Of a stretch of 64,000 bases of DNA, positions 59,004-64,000 are shown piece after piece. Below the pieces are notes generated by a model that did not search any database, was not told the DNA's origin, and saw only the letters and a list, made by a program, of their open reading frames with translations. The stretch's first letter is position 1, and each line of letters begins with the position of its first letter. The translations under genes and the position numbers were made by a program. Location of the stretch: IMG/VR virus record IMGVR_UViG_3300017987_000047. One strand, given 5' to 3'. Source of the DNA: a virus. Its lineage: Duplodnaviria; Heunggongvirae; Uroviricota; Caudoviricetes.

Positions 59004-59189
59004 ATGAGCCCGATCCTTGTTCTTGCTTATTCCATGATTGCAGTTTCCCTCACCGCCGTCGCGATTTGCGGCGTTGTTTTCCTGAAAATCCAAGCACGGG
59101 ATAAGAAAAAGTTAGCAGAGCTTCAAGAAGCAGACACCTGGATTGGCGAACTCGATTCGGAGGCAAAAGAACTTTTACAAGGAAATTAG
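59004..59189 (+). CDS. small membrane protein
   Basis: AAGGAG RBS; one TM helix. Confidence 0.65.
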   Translation: MSPILVLAYSMIAVSLTAVAICGVVFLKIQARDKKKLAELQEADTWIGELDSEAKELLQGN

Positions 59190-59190
59190 T

Positions 59191-59604
59191 ATGAACAAAG
59201 CGATAGAGGAAGTCTTAAATTGTAAACAGAGTATTGTAAATCTCACAGCTCAACATTTCTCTTACTCCTTGGAAGAAAAGAGGACACTAAAAAAATACAA
59301 GGAATTCTACGAGTATCTTGAAAATGCGTGTTGTGGTGTGGAGTTAGAGGCTCTTACGGAAGAAGATCTTTCGCGCCTAGGGTGGGGGAAGTGGGACGAC
59401 GATGGGTTGATGTTAGCCCCGCTCTATTGGTATAAAGCCTTGCTTAGGAAAGAACGGCTAATTTTGACGAGCATTAGTGGGGAGGATCGCGTTATTGGGA
59501 TCGACGAGATAGACAAGGATTCTCGTTTTGGTTGCCTAGCTTACGGAATTTTTCCAGGAAAGGTTAAATACGCTCCAGTCTTCCATGCCAAGGAGACAGG
59601 ATAA
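59191..59604 (+). CDS. hypothetical phage protein
   Basis: LSRLGWGKWDD...IDKDSRFGCLAYG. Confidence 0.65.
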   Translation: MNKAIEEVLNCKQSIVNLTAQHFSYSLEEKRTLKKYKEFYEYLENACCGVELEALTEEDLSRLGWGKWDDDGLMLAPLYWYKALLRKERLILTSISGEDRVIGIDEIDKDSRFGCLAYGIFPGKVKYAPVFHAKETG

Positions 59605-59605
59605 A

Positions 59606-59845
59606 ATGGGCTTAATTAAGAAGATAAGAGGGTTTTTCAAGAACCGGGCGATGGATATTGCAGCCGAAGATTTATCTGGCTTATTAGGCTCACTGGGGTA
59701 TAACGTAATTGAAGTGAATGCGCTTTACGAAGAAGAAAAACTAGAAGCGTTACTACAAAACCCTATCCTAGATAGAGTAAGAGCGTTATATCCTGTATAT
59801 AGAGGGTATGAAGTAGTTTATGTCGCAGTTTCTGAGCCCATCTAA
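59606..59845 (+). CDS. hypothetical protein
   Basis: Short ORF before terminator. Confidence 0.55.
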   Translation: MGLIKKIRGFFKNRAMDIAAEDLSGLLGSLGYNVIEVNALYEEEKLEALLQNPILDRVRALYPVYRGYEVVYVAVSEPI

Positions 59846-59857
59846 AAAGACCTTAAA

Positions 59858-59895
59858 AAGAAAAAACCTCTCCATTTTCGGAGAGGTTTTTTCTT
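59858..59895. terminator. bidirectional intrinsic terminator
   Basis: AAGAAAAAACCTCTCC-ATTTTC-GGAGAGGTTTTTTCTT between convergent genes. Confidence 0.85.
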
Positions 59896-59906
59896 CGTTT
59901 TTATTT

Positions 59907-60380
59907 TTAACGGTCTAAAACATAAAATGTATAAGTTTTTTGATCCGTATTACTAAGCAAATCGCTCGCGCCAATTGTTAGCGATACCCCAGATAAGAGA
60001 TTTGATGTTGAAGTTCCGCTAATAACCCCACCGGAACTAAAGTTAAACCCAAAACCTGAAATTGACCCAGATACAATACTCCAAGAAACATCTCCATAAG
60101 CATTTATCGAAGTTAGCTGGTAAGTATAAGGCTCGTTCGTAATAGCACCCGGCAAAACTTCTGTAGTGATCTGAAAGCTATTATCGGCAGGGCTATAGAA
60201 AGCATTAAAAGGATACAGCGAATCTTTATTATGGAATAAAGGGCTACTTCCTCGCCGGGGGTGGGCGGCAGAATATTTTGATGCGGCAGCAGCAAGGTCT
60301 CGCAGACTCTCGCCAATTAAACCATTACCTAAGGCCCCTCTTTCTTTTCTTAGGGCTTTTTCTCCTGGGTCTAATGTCAT
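59907..60380 (-). CDS. putative Ig-like (He_PIG-type) domain protein
   Basis: ITTEVLPGAITNEPYTYQL...WSIVSGS...GVISGT...IGASD. Confidence 0.7.
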   Translation of the reverse strand: MTLDPGEKALRKERGALGNGLIGESLRDLAAAASKYSAAHPRRGSSPLFHNKDSLYPFNAFYSPADNSFQITTEVLPGAITNEPYTYQLTSINAYGDVSWSIVSGSISGFGFNFSSGGVISGTSTSNLLSGVSLTIGASDLLSNTDQKTYTFYVLDR

Positions 60381-60381
60381 T

Positions 60382-60939
60382 TTAAACCTCTTTTAGTTCC
60401 TTGAAAATATTATGAAGTTCTTGTAAAGAGTTTACTAAATCTTTGTTATTTTTAGCCTCTATCGCTCGATTATCAAACTCTCTTAAGGTCGGATGAATCC
60501 CAGTCCCAGGGAGCATCCCCAAAACTTCGCTTTTCTTATATAAGATATCTCTGATTTCCTTAAATAAGATATCAGCCTGCTCTTCGATAACTTTTAACAC
60601 TCTTGGGTCATATTCTTCGATTATAGGAGGGACTTCTAAAACTTCTCTAAAGTTTTCCCACCTCAAAAGAATTTTTTCGAACGGGCGAGGCATCGGATCA
60701 AAAATATCTTGATTCTTAAAATAGAGATCTGCTAAAGCTCCCTCATTCCCATCAGAAAAGGCACTATACAAGGCAGCTGCAAGATCCACATGTTCTGGCA
60801 AGACCTTTCCAGGTTTATCTGATTTTTCCAGTAGTTTCCCTCGTAATAAATTATAAGCGAGACCGAAAATTGGAAAATCCGCTGCAAGAACCAAAGCTTT
60901 AGCCAGTTTTGTTAGTTTTGTTGATAGTTTCATTAGCAT
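60382..60939 (-). CDS. hypothetical protein with basic amphipathic N-terminal leader
   Basis: MLMKLSTKLTKLAKALVLAA; GAGG RBS. Confidence 0.65.
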   Translation of the reverse strand: MLMKLSTKLTKLAKALVLAADFPIFGLAYNLLRGKLLEKSDKPGKVLPEHVDLAAALYSAFSDGNEGALADLYFKNQDIFDPMPRPFEKILLRWENFREVLEVPPIIEEYDPRVLKVIEEQADILFKEIRDILYKKSEVLGMLPGTGIHPTLREFDNRAIEAKNNKDLVNSLQELHNIFKELKEV

Positions 60940-60986
60940 AGCATACCTCTTTTTAAAAGAAGGATTAACACAATATTAAGGAAAAA

Positions 60987-61508
60987 GTGATGAATCTAGA
61001 GAAATTCGAGCCAGTTGCATATTATGATTATGGCACTATTTCTTATGGCCTTTATGCTGAAGGTTGGGGCTATTACGCAGATGCTATATTTATGTTGTTG
61101 TGCTTTACTAAAAAGTGTAGGCTTCCACAACTCTTAACGAAAGATACGAATCAAATAGAAATATCAACACGGCCAGAAAAATTTAAGGGACTAAGGGAAG
61201 AATGTGTTGGGAAGCAGCAATTTTTTAGGTGGGAACCTTCCCCAGCAGAATATAAACTAATTATTCATGAACTAGTTAGGGAGGTTACTGCTACAACAAG
61301 CGCAGAGCGGAGAAAAAAATATAAGGAGGGGCTAAATTGCTTACAAAAGAACAGAAAAAATAAAAGTAGGGAGGCATTCTCCTTAAAAGAGATTTATAAT
61401 AAGGTACGTCAAAAACTTTACGAAGAGCGTCTAATTCTTATGGGAAGTTCAACGGGAGTTGGCACTACTTATATCATTTGCGACACGACTAATAGCACGG
61501 TGGGCTAA
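60987..61508 (+). CDS. hypothetical protein
   Basis: 173-aa ORF. Confidence 0.55.
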   Translation: MMNLEKFEPVAYYDYGTISYGLYAEGWGYYADAIFMLLCFTKKCRLPQLLTKDTNQIEISTRPEKFKGLREECVGKQQFFRWEPSPAEYKLIIHELVREVTATTSAERRKKYKEGLNCLQKNRKNKSREAFSLKEIYNKVRQKLYEERLILMGSSTGVGTTYIICDTTNSTVG

Positions 61509-61790
61509 AATTTGTAAACTGCGACGCTTGCTAGTTAGGTGAGCCGGGTCGGTTTGTAACTTTCTTAGGTGGTCTAAACAAGTTCCCGAGAAGAGACCAT
61601 TTTTTGTGTCCCAAGGTAGAATCTTTATGTCGGCGCTATCCCGACGAAGTGTATACAAAGCCTTAGTAGATTTTACCTGAAAATAGGTGACTCTATCTTC
61701 GGAAACCTCTTCCACAACTCCATAGATAAAATGAGGGAGATCGTACGTTTCCATAATAACAAGGATGGGATCTCCCACTTTGAAAGTCAT
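61449..61790 (-). CDS. hypothetical protein
   Basis: AGGAG RBS; C-terminal HLTSKRRSLQILAH. Confidence 0.6.
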   Translation of the reverse strand: MTFKVGDPILVIMETYDLPHFIYGVVEEVSEDRVTYFQVKSTKALYTLRRDSADIKILPWDTKNGLFSGTCLDHLRKLQTDPAHLTSKRRSLQILAHRAISRVANDISSANSR

Positions 61791-61901
61791 TTCATTTTCT
61801 CCTAATAATTATACAAAAGCCTACGAAGGTTCAAACGTAGTTCTAAAAAAATTCAAAATATAAATAATAACAGGGTGAATTGCCTAACGTAGGAGTATAT
61901 A

Positions 61902-62207
61902 ATGCTGGAGAAGAAGGACCCCGAAGCTTGCCTTAATACGTTATTTTGGGTGAAAGAAAAGGGCTTTCCTCCCAAGTATTGGTATCTAACTGAAAAGCAT
62001 TTTATCGTTTTAAAAGAAAACGAAATCCCCGATAACCAGATTAAAGCGTATAAAAAAGGGACAGCCGCGTATACGCAACACATAGAGATTATCTCTGGCA
62101 AAAAAGTCGACCTTGAGATAGAAATAAAAAAAGATACGATTAAAACATTACTGAGGTCCCCTTCGCGGTTAATCCGCCTCTGGGCTAATCAGGAAAGATA
62201 TATTTAA
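61902..62207 (+). CDS. hypothetical protein
   Basis: AGGAG RBS; C-terminal LLRSPSRLIRLWAN. Confidence 0.6.
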   Translation: MLEKKDPEACLNTLFWVKEKGFPPKYWYLTEKHFIVLKENEIPDNQIKAYKKGTAAYTQHIEIISGKKVDLEIEIKKDTIKTLLRSPSRLIRLWANQERYI

Positions 62208-62452
62208 TGCAAGTAACAGCAAAGACACTAGAAAAGTTAGGGTTTCGTAAAATCCCCTGGAAGGAACAGGGTAAACGAGAAATAGCGTACCAGTACAAAA
62301 CCGTAACCTTAACCCAATACACTTTTCGAGAAGGCTTCTTTTATTCCTCTTGTGGCGAAGATACGCCGATCAGCTCCGAAGAACACTTACTAGCCGTTGT
62401 AGAAACCCTTCACGGAGAATCGTTAAATGCCTCTGGCGACTTACCTAAATGA
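62207..62452 (+). CDS. hypothetical protein
   Basis: TAATG overlap with previous gene. Confidence 0.55.
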   Translation: MQVTAKTLEKLGFRKIPWKEQGKREIAYQYKTVTLTQYTFREGFFYSSCGEDTPISSEEHLLAVVETLHGESLNASGDLPK

Positions 62453-63656
62453 GAACTTCCCTTCTAGCGATGGAATTGAAGAACATTTCATGGAAAAGTT
62501 TGGCGTAAAGGTCAAACAAGAAAATGATTTGTTTCTCTTTCAATATGATATGTTAGCCGCGAAGTGGTTAGAACCAATTACCCATGTATGCCGAGGCACG
62601 ATCCTTCGGCTTAGTGGTGGGTCTTGGGAAGTCCTTTCTCGCCCCTTTGATAAGTTCTTCAATCAAGGCGAAGGGCATTGCAAGCTTTTTGAGACTTCTG
62701 CGTTTGAAGCAGCAATAGGCTCTCTTGCTTTTATCGAAAAAGCAGATGGAACTTGCATCCAAGTCTGGTTCGACGATATTAAGGAAGAGTGGAGAATCTC
62801 TACGCTGGGGACGATAACAACCTGGTATGCTGGGGATTCCAATTTGACCTTCGATCAGCTCTTCTTCCATGTTCTCGGGAAGGGCGAGCTTGAAATACCA
62901 AACGAGCTCCGGGGGCATACTTTGCTATTCGAGCTTTGCAGCATTGAGAACCGCATAGTCACCCAGTACGAAAAAGATACGATCTTCCTGCTAGCAATTC
63001 GAAACATTAAAACTGGGGATTATGTAGACCGGGAACAGCTGAAGGGTGTTGCAGATACCCTAGGAGTTCGTGTACCCGCACAAGAAAAACTAACTTCCTT
63101 AGGCATTCAAACTCTCAAGGAAGCTGTCGCCTACGTCGAAAAAGAGAGCGAAAAGCATGAAAAATACGGGAATTACCCCGAGGGAATGGTAATTTATAAA
63201 GAAGGCGTGCCGGTCTGTAAAATGAAGAATGAGCGGTATGTCCAACTTCACCACGCAGTTGGTGCGGGGGATTTGCTTTGCACCCGGAATAAAATTATCG
63301 AAGCATACTTTTCCGGAAACATCGACGATCTTATGCCCGTGTTAATACCAACGATGGTGAAGTTTGCCGAGACAGTAAGAAGTTGGTGGGCATCCCAACT
63401 TGCCAAACTGTTACCCATTGTAGCGGAGTTGGCAGCGGATGAATACGAAACACAGAAAGACTACGCACTTAAGGTACAAGCGATAGTCCCTAAACAGTAT
63501 ATGGGATTTTTCTTCGTCAATAAGGAAAAAATACTAGCACATGAAATAGATTCCGATTCCTTTGCTGCCTGGATGAAGCAAAACTCTCGGAAATTTGAGA
63601 AAGAGATAAAGGAGCTCTATCGCCCGGCAAATTCGGAAACTCCCAACAACAAGTAA
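62427..63656 (+). CDS. RNA ligase 1 (T4 Rnl1-like)
   Basis: CRG, RPFDKFFN, motif I EKADGT, FEL, EGMV, KMKNERY. Confidence 0.9.
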   Translation: MPLATYLNENFPSSDGIEEHFMEKFGVKVKQENDLFLFQYDMLAAKWLEPITHVCRGTILRLSGGSWEVLSRPFDKFFNQGEGHCKLFETSAFEAAIGSLAFIEKADGTCIQVWFDDIKEEWRISTLGTITTWYAGDSNLTFDQLFFHVLGKGELEIPNELRGHTLLFELCSIENRIVTQYEKDTIFLLAIRNIKTGDYVDREQLKGVADTLGVRVPAQEKLTSLGIQTLKEAVAYVEKESEKHEKYGNYPEGMVIYKEGVPVCKMKNERYVQLHHAVGAGDLLCTRNKIIEAYFSGNIDDLMPVLIPTMVKFAETVRSWWASQLAKLLPIVAELAADEYETQKDYALKVQAIVPKQYMGFFFVNKEKILAHEIDSDSFAAWMKQNSRKFEKEIKELYRPANSETPNNK

Positions 63657-63657
63657 A

Positions 63658-64000
63658 ATGAAAACCACGGTATTTTTCAAACAAGTAAAGAATCCTGGAG
63701 TTTTAGGAACTCTTTTCAACTATATCCGAAAGTCTCTAACCCGGAATAAGGAAACAGCCGAAGATCTTATTCAAGAGGCGTTTTTTAGTGCTTGGAAAAA
63801 CCGGGAGAAATTAGAAGAGAAGAAACTTCTCTCATGGTTAAGGGTTGTAATAAAGAATCGGTTTATTGACCTTACTCGAAGAAAATGTGAAAAGGTTCCT
63901 AGAGATACTAGTTTCGATCTTTCGGATGACCCAAGAAGACACCCCGCCACAAAGGACCCCGCTTATGTAATAACCACAACGATGGCAGTGCTTTACGATC
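63658..64000 (+). CDS. ECF-type sigma factor, 3' truncated
   Basis: Manual translation includes AEDLIQEAFFSAWKNR...SWLRVVIKNRFIDLTRR (region 2). Confidence 0.8.
   Translation, partial: MKTTVFFKQVKNPGVLGTLFNYIRKSLTRNKETAEDLIQEAFFSAWKNREKLEEKKLLSWLRVVIKNRFIDLTRRKCEKVPRDTSFDLSDDPRRHPATKDPAYVITTTMAVLYD

Noticed and set aside
52614-60970. TAATC-T-rich late-promoter motif upstream of 52647 and 60939
   Set aside because: Only two short AT-rich matches, not distinguishable from background.

Overview
This AT-rich, gene-dense window is almost all + strand and looks like 64 kb of a large (jumbo/huge) bacteriophage genome; a megaplasmid cannot be excluded and the host cannot be read from the sequence. 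It uses the standard genetic code, has many short hypothetical ORFs and no core bacterial housekeeping operons. All protein calls rest on motifs I recognise by eye; no database search was run. Recognisable content: a WGR-PARP and a NADAR; a Nudix-pncB-nadE-coaD-nadD operon (complete deamidated NAD route); three DNA ligases; two RNA ligases, PNKP and three 2H phosphoesterases; lysS; DksA/TraR-like, ClpS and two sigma factors; and three tRNAs, one split by a group I intron next to an HNH gene bounded by 14-bp direct repeats and one a UAU-anticodon tRNA with a long extra arm. Best candidates for undescribed biology: (1) three tandem covarying structured RNAs directly upstream of a TROVE-like/TerD protein, a possible Ro/Y-RNA-like RNP; (2) the deamidated NAD operon as a possible NAD-reconstitution route; (3) a fixed-spacing L-T-x6-R-x2-A-K motif in about 20 otherwise unrelated small ORFs; (4) a ~90-bp element of fixed-spacing boxes present twice in inverted orientation.
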